The notes under the pieces are model-generated. The model was not told the DNA's origin and did not search any database. It was given only the letters and a program-made list of their open reading frames with translations. The position numbers and the translations under genes were made by a program. This document shows positions 7,947 through 16,887 of a stretch of 64,000 bases of DNA, piece by piece; position 1 is the first letter of the stretch; every line of letters begins with the position of its first letter. Source of the stretch: an uncultured Verrucomicrobiae bacterium (GTDB lineage: Bacteria; Verrucomicrobiota; Verrucomicrobiia; Chthoniobacterales; Chthoniobacteraceae); the NCBI GenBank assembly GCA_963836755.1, contig CAWIKF010000003.1, forward strand, positions 35,064-99,063, written 5' to 3'.

Positions 7947-9392
7947 ATGAAAACAATGAAGCTCGCCATCCATTGGTTTCGCCGGGATTTGCGCCTGCAT
8001 GACAACACAGCGCTGGCGGCCGCGGTCGCCACGGCTGATGAAGTTGTCCCAGTGTTCATCGCGAGCGAATGGCGCGGAAGTCACGACTGGACAGGCGCGC
8101 CGAGGCAGGAAGCTCTTTGCGGAGCGTTGCGCGCGCTCGCGAAAAATATCACACGCGCTGGCGGCCGGCTCATCATTAGACGCGGACGCGCGGACGAAGA
8201 AATCGAAAAGTTGATCCGCGAAACGCAGGCCGCCGCCATTTTTTTTAATCGTGATCCCGATCCTTTCGGACGAGCGATGGAGGAGAACGTGCGCTTCGTC
8301 GCAGAGCAATGCGGGTGCGCAGTGCATCCGCATAAAGACGTCGCGATTCATGAACGTGATGAGGTGCTCACTGCCGGCGGGACGCCGTTTCGTGTTTTCA
8401 CTGCTTATGCGCGGGCGTGGAGAAAAATTCCCATGTCGTCTCAAAACCCGCGCGTCGAGCGCCTGCGCACGCCTGTGCGCGTGAAAAGCCTGGCGCTGCC
8501 GGAACTCGATTGGTGGGGACTTTGCGCGGACGCAAAGATCATCGCGGCAGGCGAAGATGCGGCGCGCCAGCGGCTCGAGAAATTTTTTCAAAGCCCCATT
8601 TTTCATTATGCGGAGAAACGCGATCTGCCCGCGGAACAAGGCACTTCGAGGCTTTCCGGCGATTTGCGGCTTGGAACTTTGTCGCCGCGCGAGATTTTTT
8701 CGCGCGCGGAAGATTTAAAAAGAGAAGCCACGCAAGCAGCGCGCAAAAATATTTCGACGTTCCAAAATGAGCTGATCTGGCGCGAATTTTACATGCAGGT
8801 GCTCTGGCATTGGCCGGAAGTTTTGGAGACGGATTTCAAACCGAAGTTTCGTATGATTCGCTGGCGTCAAAGTCCCGAAGCGCTCGCGCGCTGGTGCTCC
8901 GCTGAAACGGGATTTCCAATTGTCGATGCCGCAATGCGACAGCTCCTGGCGACCGGTTTCATGCACAACCGTTTACGGATGATTGTGGCGATGTTTTTGA
9001 CGAAGGATCTGCAGATCTACTGGAAAGCTGGCGAACGTTTTTTCATGCAGCGGCTGATCGACGGAGAAATCGCCAGCAACAATGGCGGCTGGCAATGGAG
9101 CGCCGGCACCGGGGCAGATGCGGCTCCCTATTTTCGCGTGCAAAATCCGTGGCGGCAAACGGCGCGCTTCGATCCGCGCGGAGAATTCATTAAGCGCTGG
9201 CTGCCGGAGTTGCGCGATGTGCCGCCGAAAAAGTTCACGCATCCGCCAACCGAAGGGAAAGGCTTGGTGCGCGGCTATCCCGCGCCAATGGCCGACCACG
9301 CGCAAGAGCGCGAACGGGCGCTCGAAATGTTTCGCATTAGTTCGCCAAAAGCTGCGGCGGATACCAGCGGTAAAGCATCAAATAAACGATGA
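7947..9392 (+). CDS. phrB: Deoxyribodipyrimidine photolyase
   Basis: WFRRDLRLHDN, TSRLS, ELIWREFY, TGFPIVDAAMRQL, MHNRLRM and NNGGWQW motifs. Confidence 0.92.
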   Translation: MKTMKLAIHWFRRDLRLHDNTALAAAVATADEVVPVFIASEWRGSHDWTGAPRQEALCGALRALAKNITRAGGRLIIRRGRADEEIEKLIRETQAAAIFFNRDPDPFGRAMEENVRFVAEQCGCAVHPHKDVAIHERDEVLTAGGTPFRVFTAYARAWRKIPMSSQNPRVERLRTPVRVKSLALPELDWWGLCADAKIIAAGEDAARQRLEKFFQSPIFHYAEKRDLPAEQGTSRLSGDLRLGTLSPREIFSRAEDLKREATQAARKNISTFQNELIWREFYMQVLWHWPEVLETDFKPKFRMIRWRQSPEALARWCSAETGFPIVDAAMRQLLATGFMHNRLRMIVAMFLTKDLQIYWKAGERFFMQRLIDGEIASNNGGWQWSAGTGADAAPYFRVQNPWRQTARFDPRGEFIKRWLPELRDVPPKKFTHPPTEGKGLVRGYPAPMADHAQERERALEMFRISSPKAAADTSGKASNKR

Positions 9393-9780
9393 CCCCAGTG
9401 ATCGAGACGTAGAGCCAAATCGGAAAAGTCCAGCGCGCGATGCGGCGATGCTTGTCGTAGCGCGCCCGCAGTGCCGGCACCACGGTGCAGATCACGAGCG
9501 GCAAAACGACGATCGCCAAAAACGTGTGCGAGATGAGAAGCGTGAAATACAGCGGCCTCACGATGCCTTGCGCGGTGAAGCGGGTGACGATGCCGTGGCG
9601 TAAAATGTGGTTTGCGACGTAGCCCACCAGAAAAAGTGTGGACGTCACCAGTGCGCAGCACATGACGGCGATGTGCGCGCGCACTCGCTGCGTCTTGATC
9701 AAACACCAACCGATGCTGATGAGCACTCCGCTGGCTCCGTTGAGGGAGGCATTGATGAGCGGAACATCTTGCGCAGTCAT
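9337..9780 (-). CDS. DUF420 (CtaM/YozB-like) oxidase assembly membrane protein
   Basis: INASLN, LISH, HRRIARWTFPIWLYVSITG; last gene of the oxidase cluster. Confidence 0.88.
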   Translation of the reverse strand: MTAQDVPLINASLNGASGVLISIGWCLIKTQRVRAHIAVMCCALVTSTLFLVGYVANHILRHGIVTRFTAQGIVRPLYFTLLISHTFLAIVVLPLVICTVVPALRARYDKHRRIARWTFPIWLYVSITGVIVYLMLYRWYPPQLLAN

Positions 9781-9786
9781 TCGCCG

Positions 9787-10389
9787 CTATTCACGAACGA
9801 GGCGCGAAATATCGTGCAAAATTTCCGCGTTGTTCTCGTCGCTTTGGCCGTCGAAATATTTTCGGATGACTCCGTCTTTATCTACCAGGACGAGTTTGGT
9901 GCTGTGCACGACCGGATTTTTCGGGTCGTCCTGATCGGCGATGGCGAGCGAAAAACCGTTGCGGATGAGATCTTGAACTTTCGCCTTTTCTCCGGTGAGA
10001 AAAAGCCAACGGTCCGATGCGTGGAAAAGCTCGGCGTATTTTTGGAGCACTTCCGGCGTGTCGTGCGCGGGATCAGTGCTGATCGAGACAAAGCGAACGT
10101 CCGGGTTTTTCAGCGCCTCTTTTTGCAAATCAGAAAGACGATGCGAGATCATCGGACACGGCCCGGGGCACGTCGTGTAAATGAAATCGGCGAGCCAGAC
10201 TTTGCCTTTCAAATCCGAGAGCGCCACGGTTTTCGCGCGTTGATCGGTGAGATGAAAATCGGGCACTGGCTTGAATTTTTCGAGCGGCGGCTGCTCGAGG
10301 GTGCGAAGCTGAAATCCAATAGCCGCGAGCGCAAATGTCGCGGTGCTGAAAAGCAAAATCCAAAGGACGGTTTTAGAGCGCGAAGACAT
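9787..10389 (-). CDS. SCO1/SenC copper chaperone
   Basis: FIYTTCPGPCP (CxxxC), DPAHDTP and HSTKLVLVD motifs; ATG 10389 overlaps the ctaB stop. Confidence 0.92.
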   Translation of the reverse strand: MSSRSKTVLWILLFSTATFALAAIGFQLRTLEQPPLEKFKPVPDFHLTDQRAKTVALSDLKGKVWLADFIYTTCPGPCPMISHRLSDLQKEALKNPDVRFVSISTDPAHDTPEVLQKYAELFHASDRWLFLTGEKAKVQDLIRNGFSLAIADQDDPKNPVVHSTKLVLVDKDGVIRKYFDGQSDENNAEILHDISRLVRE

Positions 10390-11312
10390 CAAACTTTGGT
10401 TGCGACCATCAGCCCGAGCAGCAGCGGCAGGTAAATAATCGACGCGAAAAATAAGCGGCGGGCACTGGCGCGATTGCGGTGGAGAAGGAATTGCACCGCG
10501 CACGCGATCAGGAGCGAGTCGCAAAGAATGGCGCCGGGGAGATAAATCGCCGAGACCATTTTGAGAAAATAAGGCAGCAGCGTGACGACGGTCAGCGCGA
10601 TCGATGAGAGCAAACTTTCACGCGCGGTGCACAATCCGCCGATGTCGCGACGGCGCAGCATGACGAAGCCGGCCTGCGCGTATTCGTCGCGATACATCCA
10701 TGCGATCGCGAGGAAGTGCGGCATTTGCCAGAAAAATAGCACGCCGCACAGCACCCACGCGCCCGCGTCAAGCGACGAACGCGCCGCCGCCCAGCCAATC
10801 ATCGGCGGAAGTCCGCCGGAAATCGCGCCGACGGTGACACAGAAAGCGGTCCGACGTTTTAACGGAGTATAAAACAAAAGATAGACTCCTAGCGTTGCCG
10901 CCGCGAGCGCAGCGGCGGGAAGATTGACGCGATTGAGCAGGTAGATGAAACCTGCCACCGCGAGCAATACGCCAAGCGCCAGCGCGGTGGACGGCTGCAT
11001 TCGCCCCGCCGGAAGCGGGCGCTGCCGGGTGCGATCCATCAACCGGTCGACCTTGCGCTCCATGTATTGATTTAAAATCGCGGCGCTGCCAGCAACGAGC
11101 GCCGTGCCGAAAAGCACTCGGAAAAGGAGGAACCAATCGAGCGCGGAACTTTCGCCCATGCAAAAACCGACCGTCGTCGTCACCAAAACGAGGATGCTCA
11201 GGCGCGCCTTTGTCAGGATCAATAAATCGCCGAAGAGACCGGGCGTAATCACGACTTCCGGCGCGACAGCAAGAGCCGGAGCGACCGGCGTTTCCTCGGA
11301 CACGTGGCTCAT
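10389..11312 (-). CDS. ctaB: Protoheme IX farnesyltransferase (heme o synthase)
   Basis: NQYMERKVDRLMDRTRQRPLPAG, YTPLKR and WQMPHFLAIAW motifs. Confidence 0.95.
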   Translation of the reverse strand: MSHVSEETPVAPALAVAPEVVITPGLFGDLLILTKARLSILVLVTTTVGFCMGESSALDWFLLFRVLFGTALVAGSAAILNQYMERKVDRLMDRTRQRPLPAGRMQPSTALALGVLLAVAGFIYLLNRVNLPAAALAAATLGVYLLFYTPLKRRTAFCVTVGAISGGLPPMIGWAAARSSLDAGAWVLCGVLFFWQMPHFLAIAWMYRDEYAQAGFVMLRRRDIGGLCTARESLLSSIALTVVTLLPYFLKMVSAIYLPGAILCDSLLIACAVQFLLHRNRASARRLFFASIIYLPLLLGLMVATKV

Positions 11313-12280
11313 ACCATCGACTGCTGCACGGAGTGCGCCTCGTCGAAAACCTGCGATCTGACATCGCTAAGGTTCAGATGCGAAATACGCATCGCGAGCA
11401 GCAAGGATGTTCCCAAAATTATTGCTCCGTTGACCACATGAAGGGTGGTGACGACAGGCGCCTTTGCGAGCCAGATGATATGGGCGCCCAGCGCGATCTG
11501 GAAAAAAACCAGGATCATAATTCCGACGGCGGGAAGGACGAAATCTCTGTCGTTTCGAAAATAGGTCAGAACGCAAATCATCAAAGCGAGCGCCAAAAAG
11601 AAGACGCAAAGGCCGCCGATCCGATGCGAATAATGAATGGCTATCTGCGGACTCCACATCGGCGGAATCAGGTGCCCGAAAGCGAGGGGGAAATCACCAA
11701 TCGCCAATCCAGCCCTCATGTGACGCGTCACTGCGCCCAGGATCAATTGGAGATAAACCATCGCCACCAGGATCCAGCCGAGTCTGCTCACTGCGGGCAA
11801 AGTTCTTACCGAGCATTCCCATTTTCCTGCAATCCACCGCGGCGAAAGCGCCGTCGCAAGCACCACGAGTATGCACAGGAAAGCCTGCGCCGTGCATGCA
11901 TGGACGATTGCCAGCGCGACTGAAAGCTCGGTGACTCGCAATCCCCCCAGAACGCCTTGGACAGCGACAAGAAAAAATGCGCCAACGCCGAGATTGCGCA
12001 CCGATTTCCGCGTCTCCACTTTCCAAATCCAAATCGCGAGGATCGTCGTCAACAACCCGACACCGGAGGCAAAAAGCCGATGCGTATGTTCGAAAAACAC
12101 GCCGCCGACCCATCGGGAAATCGGGAAGGTAAACATGTTATAGCCATAGCTCGTCGGCCAGTCGGGAACGGACAAGCCTGCGTTCGTGCTGGTGACCATG
12201 CCGCCGAGAAAGATCAACCCGAGCGTCGCCAACACGACGAGCTTCGCATAGCGGGAGAGCCAGGGATGGATTTCGTGCAT
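11309..12280 (-). CDS. ctaA: Heme A synthase (Cox15/CtaA)
   Basis: GGMVTSTNAGLSVPDWP, FEHTHR, QGVLGG and further conserved His; start placed at ATG 12280. Confidence 0.9.
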   Translation of the reverse strand: MHEIHPWLSRYAKLVVLATLGLIFLGGMVTSTNAGLSVPDWPTSYGYNMFTFPISRWVGGVFFEHTHRLFASGVGLLTTILAIWIWKVETRKSVRNLGVGAFFLVAVQGVLGGLRVTELSVALAIVHACTAQAFLCILVVLATALSPRWIAGKWECSVRTLPAVSRLGWILVAMVYLQLILGAVTRHMRAGLAIGDFPLAFGHLIPPMWSPQIAIHYSHRIGGLCVFFLALALMICVLTYFRNDRDFVLPAVGIMILVFFQIALGAHIIWLAKAPVVTTLHVVNGAIILGTSLLLAMRISHLNLSDVRSQVFDEAHSVQQSMV

Positions 12281-12336
12281 TGGTGAGCAGCGAACAGTCG
12301 CAGCGTTTTCCGCAAAGACAATCGACGCCAATGCGA

Positions 12337-13278
12337 TTACTTTTTGTGCGGGTCTTCCGTCGCGCTTGCCGGGGGACCGCCGGGATATGGCTGCGGCTGA
12401 AGAGTCGCGCCGGGCGGCTGCTCTTTCGGATTCGGCACTGATGCCGCATTCATCGTGGCCTGGGACGGAGGAGTGGTGGGCGGAGGCGGGTTCGCGGGCG
12501 CGCCGCCGGATGTAGCAGACGCCGCTGGATTGGTGGCATTGCCATTGAGCTCCTCGGCTTCCTTGATGAAATTGTCGTAATCCTCCTGTGATTCCACGAT
12601 CATCGTCGCGCGCATATTGTAATGGCCGAGGCCGCAAAGCTGGCCGCAGATGATTTCGTAAGTCCCCGCGCGAACCGGTTTGAACCAGATGGGCGACATT
12701 GAGCCGGGGATCGCGTCCTGTCCGATCCGCATCGACTGGAGTGAAAGACTGTGGATGACGTCCTTGGAACTGATTTCCAAAATGATGTCGCGGTTGAAAG
12801 GAAGATGAAGCTCGTTCTTGCTCACAATGTCGTCCTTCCCAGCCGGATCGTTGGGATCGATGCCGAGATCATTGGATGATGTGACAAAGGAAGCGTCGGA
12901 TCTGCCGAACTTTCCGTCAGGGCCGGGATAGCGGAAATTCCAGATGAATTGCTGGCCAACGACGCGAATCGTCACCGCATTATTTTTCGGGAAATCGCTC
13001 ACGCGTTTGCCCCACAAAGGCAGCGCGAATCCGAGCAGCAACAGCACGTCCACAAGCACGACCATGAACTCAATGTGCGTGGATGCCTTCGTTTTGACGC
13101 CGTAATAATCGGCCTTCGGATGCCGCGAGCGATGGAACCGGATGATCGTGAAAAGGAAAAAAGTGGTCCATCCGACGAAGAGCAAAAGCATGAACCAATG
13201 CGCGAACTCGAGCATCTGGTCGATCATATAGCCATGTTCGGAAGCGTTCGGCGGCAAGCCGATGAAATGGTTCAGCAT
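12337..13278 (-). CDS. ctaC: Cytochrome c oxidase subunit II (CuA)
   Basis: Two TM helices, DVIHS and CGQLCGLGHYNM CuA motif; Pro/Ala-rich tail. Confidence 0.95.
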   Translation of the reverse strand: MLNHFIGLPPNASEHGYMIDQMLEFAHWFMLLLFVGWTTFFLFTIIRFHRSRHPKADYYGVKTKASTHIEFMVVLVDVLLLLGFALPLWGKRVSDFPKNNAVTIRVVGQQFIWNFRYPGPDGKFGRSDASFVTSSNDLGIDPNDPAGKDDIVSKNELHLPFNRDIILEISSKDVIHSLSLQSMRIGQDAIPGSMSPIWFKPVRAGTYEIICGQLCGLGHYNMRATMIVESQEDYDNFIKEAEELNGNATNPAASATSGGAPANPPPPTTPPSQATMNAASVPNPKEQPPGATLQPQPYPGGPPASATEDPHKK

Positions 13279-13280
13279 GA

Positions 13281-13532
13281 CTATTCCTCCTGAGTATACA
13301 GAAATTGTTGATGGGGAGGATGCGGAAGGCGCGAGCGCCGAAACAGGTAAAACGCAAAGCCGCCGACGCCAGCAAGCATCGAACCGATAAAACCGAGCAT
13401 CACGAAAATCGCGCCGTTAATCGCAGGGCGGACGCTCGAATCAACGCCGCTCATGCAAACCGCGCAGGCAAGAACCGACTTTGGCGCAGCGAACAGAGCG
13501 ATGGAAAAAAGGAACGAAAGTAAGCGATTCAT
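13281..13532 (-). CDS. Small membrane protein with signal-like N-terminus and CxxCM motif
   Basis: MNRLLSFLFSIALFAAPKSVLACAVCM... plus one TM helix; TAATG coupling to the upstream gene. Confidence 0.7.
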   Translation of the reverse strand: MNRLLSFLFSIALFAAPKSVLACAVCMSGVDSSVRPAINGAIFVMLGFIGSMLAGVGGFAFYLFRRSRLPHPPHQQFLYTQEE

Positions 13533-13732
13533 TACAAAATCAGGCGGCGCGCTTTTTTCCAAAACCAGATGCCGTAAACAATCAGGCAAATACAAAAGAG
13601 CAGTCCGAGCAAAGCGCCAAAAATGTGACTGCCGCCAAATGCCCGATAGTTGCCGTATTCCCACGCAGAAAATGCCAACGACACCAGCATGGAAATCGTG
13701 ATGAAAACGATGTGGAAAATTTTCAGCGACAT
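13532..13732 (-). CDS. Small two-TM protein in the oxidase operon
   Basis: 66 aa, hydrophobic (MSLKIFHIVFI...), fits tightly between its neighbours. Confidence 0.7.
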   Translation of the reverse strand: MSLKIFHIVFITISMLVSLAFSAWEYGNYRAFGGSHIFGALLGLLFCICLIVYGIWFWKKARRLIL

Positions 13733-13735
13733 TTT

Positions 13736-14059
13736 TTACCGACTAATTGGGTTGTGATAAGCGAGCAGCGTCAGCAGAAACAAACCGGTCACGAAAAAAA
13801 CGGTGAGGATGAGAAACCGGTAGATCGTCCAGCGCTCGGAAAGGAGGTGCATGAAGATCGCGGCGACGAGCCCCGCCTTAAAGGTTGCGACGATCATCGC
13901 GACGATGATGTTCGCCTTGCCGGTGCCGAAATCGACGTAGGACAGGCCGACGGTCAGCGCGGTGCAGGCGAAAAGCGCGAGGCCGACGATGAGGTAGCCG
14001 GTGACGTGCTTGTTGACATGAGCTGCGTCGGTCTTATGAATTTCTGGTGATTCGTTCAT
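13736..14059 (-). CDS. ctaF: Cytochrome c oxidase subunit IV
   Basis: Three TM helices; VATFKAGLVAAIFMHL motif. Confidence 0.88.
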   Translation of the reverse strand: MNESPEIHKTDAAHVNKHVTGYLIVGLALFACTALTVGLSYVDFGTGKANIIVAMIVATFKAGLVAAIFMHLLSERWTIYRFLILTVFFVTGLFLLTLLAYHNPISR

Positions 14060-14065
14060 GTTTTT

Positions 14066-14941
14066 TCAAAGGAGGTAAAACAACGGGAAAACGAAGATCC
14101 AGACCAAATCGACGAAGTGCCAGAACAGGCCAGCCACTTCGACGCGATTGGCGAGGTGTTCGGGATTTTGCCGATAAAGCGCGGTGCTTGTGGGCAGCAT
14201 GTAATAAATAAAAACAAGCACGCCTGCGAGCACATGCAATCCGTGCAGGCCAGTAATCGTAAAATAAATCGCAAAATAGGAACTGTGCCGCGGCGCGAAA
14301 ACGCCCGCGTATTGCACGTCGGTTTTTTCAATAGTCGCAATTTTCTCAGTGGCCGGTTTTGGCCAGAACTGCGGACGATCGCTTTCGGGATTGGTCGGCT
14401 CGGCATTCACGGGATCGAGCGCGACTTCGTATTCCTTTACGTTCGGATTGGTCAGGGCCTCTTTATTGTGCAAATGGCCGGTGATTTCCACGCGCGGCGG
14501 CAACCCTTTTTCCTGGAGATATTGATTGCCAAGATACGGCTCATATTTTGCGAGCGCGTCTTGTCTGATGTAAGCGCCAAAGTGCTCAAACTTCGCGGGA
14601 TATTCAAAGGTCAGCTTCACGAACAAAAATGCGACGCCGCACAAAATCGTGATCGCCATGAAAATTCTGTATTGCATGAACTGCCGCATTTTCAGCGACG
14701 CCCAAGCGAGCACGACCGTGACCGACGAAGCGATCAGGATGAAAGTATTCATCGTGCCGATCGGCACATTCAAAAGCCCGTGCGGCCAGTAGCCAGGCTC
14801 CGCACCGAGCCGCATGAAGACATAGCCGGAGAAAAGTCCGCCAAAAAGCATCACCTCCGACGCGAGGAAAAGCCAAAGGCCGATTTTCGCGTTGTAGAGT
14901 CCGGTGTCGGGTCTCGCGGTGACTGTGTAAGGGATGTCCAT
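14066..14941 (-). CDS. ctaE: Cytochrome c oxidase subunit III with a hydrophilic insertion
   Basis: GLWLFLASEVMLFGGLF, NTFILIASS, TGLHGLHV and FWHFVDLVW motifs. Confidence 0.93.
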   Translation of the reverse strand: MDIPYTVTARPDTGLYNAKIGLWLFLASEVMLFGGLFSGYVFMRLGAEPGYWPHGLLNVPIGTMNTFILIASSVTVVLAWASLKMRQFMQYRIFMAITILCGVAFLFVKLTFEYPAKFEHFGAYIRQDALAKYEPYLGNQYLQEKGLPPRVEITGHLHNKEALTNPNVKEYEVALDPVNAEPTNPESDRPQFWPKPATEKIATIEKTDVQYAGVFAPRHSSYFAIYFTITGLHGLHVLAGVLVFIYYMLPTSTALYRQNPEHLANRVEVAGLFWHFVDLVWIFVFPLFYLL

Positions 14942-14955
14942 TTGTAAATCAGGCG

Positions 14956-16812
14956 TTAATGCGCGAGTGCCGGTGCCTCCGGCGCAGTGGCGCTCGTCGG
15001 CTCGGACTGCATCAGGAAGTCGCTGGCCGCGCCCGGCACACTGTATTCATAAGGGCCGCGATGCACCGTCGGCTCGTGATCAAAGTTTCCATGCGGCGGC
15101 GGTGAAGGCGCAGTCCATTCCAGCGTCGTCGAGTCCCAAGGATTGCGGCCGACTTTTTTTCCGTGCCGGATGCTCAGGCAGAAATTGACGATGAAGGGAA
15201 GTTGAGCAAGCCCGAGCCCCCATGCGGACATCGAGATAACTTTGTTCCAGTCAAAGCCCGACATACCCCAAACGATGACCTTTGAAATATCGTAGCTGTT
15301 GCCGCCATCATACCAGCGGCGATGCATTCCCAGCATTCCTTGCAGGAACATCGGCAGAAACACGCCGTTGATGAAAAGCAGCGATGCCCAAAAGTGCACG
15401 CGCCCGAGAAACTCGTTCATCATGCGACCAGTTGCCTTTGGAAACCAATAATAGACGCCCGCGAAAATCGCGAAGATCGTCCCCGGCGCGACGATGTAAT
15501 GGAAATGCGCGATGACGTAATAGGTGTCGTGCAAATAAAGATCGAGCGCGTTGAACGCGAGCGGAATCCCGGTCAAGCCACCGATGCCGAACATCGGCAG
15601 GAACGCCGTTGCGAACATCATTGGCACAGTGAATCGGATCGAGCCGCCCCAAAGCGACAGAATTAGCGCCGTGAGCAAAATGACCGACGGCACGGAAATC
15701 AGAATCGTGGTCGTCTGGAAAAACGCACTAACGGCGGCGCCCATGCCGGTGAGATACATGTGGTGCGCCCAAACGATGAACGACAAAAATCCGAGCACCA
15801 GAATCGCGAACACCATTGCCTTGTAGCCCCAGAGTGGCTTGCGAGTATTGTTGGCGAGCACTTCGCCGATGATGCCGATGCCGGGCAAAATCAATACGTA
15901 AACTTCGGGATGAGCGAGGAACCAAAACAGATGCTGCCAGAGCAAGGGACTGCCGCCGCCACTGATGTGAATTTGCGCGCCATTAACGATCAATCCGCTG
16001 GGCAGAAAAAAGCTCGTGCCGGCGATGCGATCCATGAATTGAAAAATGCTCGCGGCTTCCAGCGGCGGAAACGCGAGCAACAGCAGAAACGAGGTGACCA
16101 GCTGCGCCCACACGAAGAATGGCAATCGCATCCAGGTCATCCCCGGCGCGCGCAGCTGGATGATTGTCGTTATAAAATTAACGGAGCCGAGCAGCGATGA
16201 GGTGATTAAAAACACCATGCCGAGAATCCAAAGCGTCTGTCCCGTGAACAACATGTTCGGTGCCTGATCGGTAATGTTTGCCAGCGGCGAATACGAAGTC
16301 CAACCGCTTTTCGCCGCGCCGCCCGGGCAGAAAAAGCTCAGCAGCATGATGACGCCGCCGACAAAAAACGCCCAGTAGCTCGCCATGTTGATCTTCGGAA
16401 AAGTCATGTCGGGCGCGCCAATCTGCAGCGGCACGACAAAATTTCCAAAAGCGGCGAACGCCGTCGGCACGATTCCCAAAAACACCATGATCGTCCCGTG
16501 CATGGCGCCGAAGGAATTGTAGAGCTCGGAAGTCATCACGCCGGGATGTCCCTGCGGATCGACGCCGACCATATTTTTACCGAAGATTTCCTGAAATAAT
16601 CCGCCGATGCCCGGCAGCGCGCGGCCGGGAAAAGCGAGCTGCCAGCGCATCAACATCATCAGCGAAAAGCCAAAGAAAAGGAACACGAGCCCGGTCACGC
16701 CGTATTGAATCCCGATGACTTTGTGATCAGTGGAAAAAACGTATTTCTGCCAAAATCCCAGTTCGTGATGGGCGTGCTCGTGGTGTTCGTGCGAAGTAGA
16801 ATCGTCGGCCAT
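14956..16812 (-). CDS. ctaD: Heme-copper oxidase subunit I, A1-like (aa3), K-channel Lys absent
   Basis: AMHGTIM, PDMTFP, WFLAHPEVY, WAHHM, LHDTYYVIAHFHY and MHRRW motifs; all six His ligands and the Tyr are present. Confidence 0.95.
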   Translation of the reverse strand: MADDSTSHEHHEHAHHELGFWQKYVFSTDHKVIGIQYGVTGLVFLFFGFSLMMLMRWQLAFPGRALPGIGGLFQEIFGKNMVGVDPQGHPGVMTSELYNSFGAMHGTIMVFLGIVPTAFAAFGNFVVPLQIGAPDMTFPKINMASYWAFFVGGVIMLLSFFCPGGAAKSGWTSYSPLANITDQAPNMLFTGQTLWILGMVFLITSSLLGSVNFITTIIQLRAPGMTWMRLPFFVWAQLVTSFLLLLAFPPLEAASIFQFMDRIAGTSFFLPSGLIVNGAQIHISGGGSPLLWQHLFWFLAHPEVYVLILPGIGIIGEVLANNTRKPLWGYKAMVFAILVLGFLSFIVWAHHMYLTGMGAAVSAFFQTTTILISVPSVILLTALILSLWGGSIRFTVPMMFATAFLPMFGIGGLTGIPLAFNALDLYLHDTYYVIAHFHYIVAPGTIFAIFAGVYYWFPKATGRMMNEFLGRVHFWASLLFINGVFLPMFLQGMLGMHRRWYDGGNSYDISKVIVWGMSGFDWNKVISMSAWGLGLAQLPFIVNFCLSIRHGKKVGRNPWDSTTLEWTAPSPPPHGNFDHEPTVHRGPYEYSVPGAASDFLMQSEPTSATAPEAPALAH

Positions 16813-16887
16813 TTTAGTGTGGGCTATTCGGTAGCATTCGCGCGGGCAGAATGCAAAGTGCGGCGTGTTTTTGCTTTGGTGAAATGT

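Noticed and set aside
7086..8639. Long N-terminal extensions in the ORF track (also 11309-12637, 34060-35037, 57189-59321, 24126-27533)
   Set aside because: The extensions overlap other well-supported genes, and family motifs begin at downstream starts.
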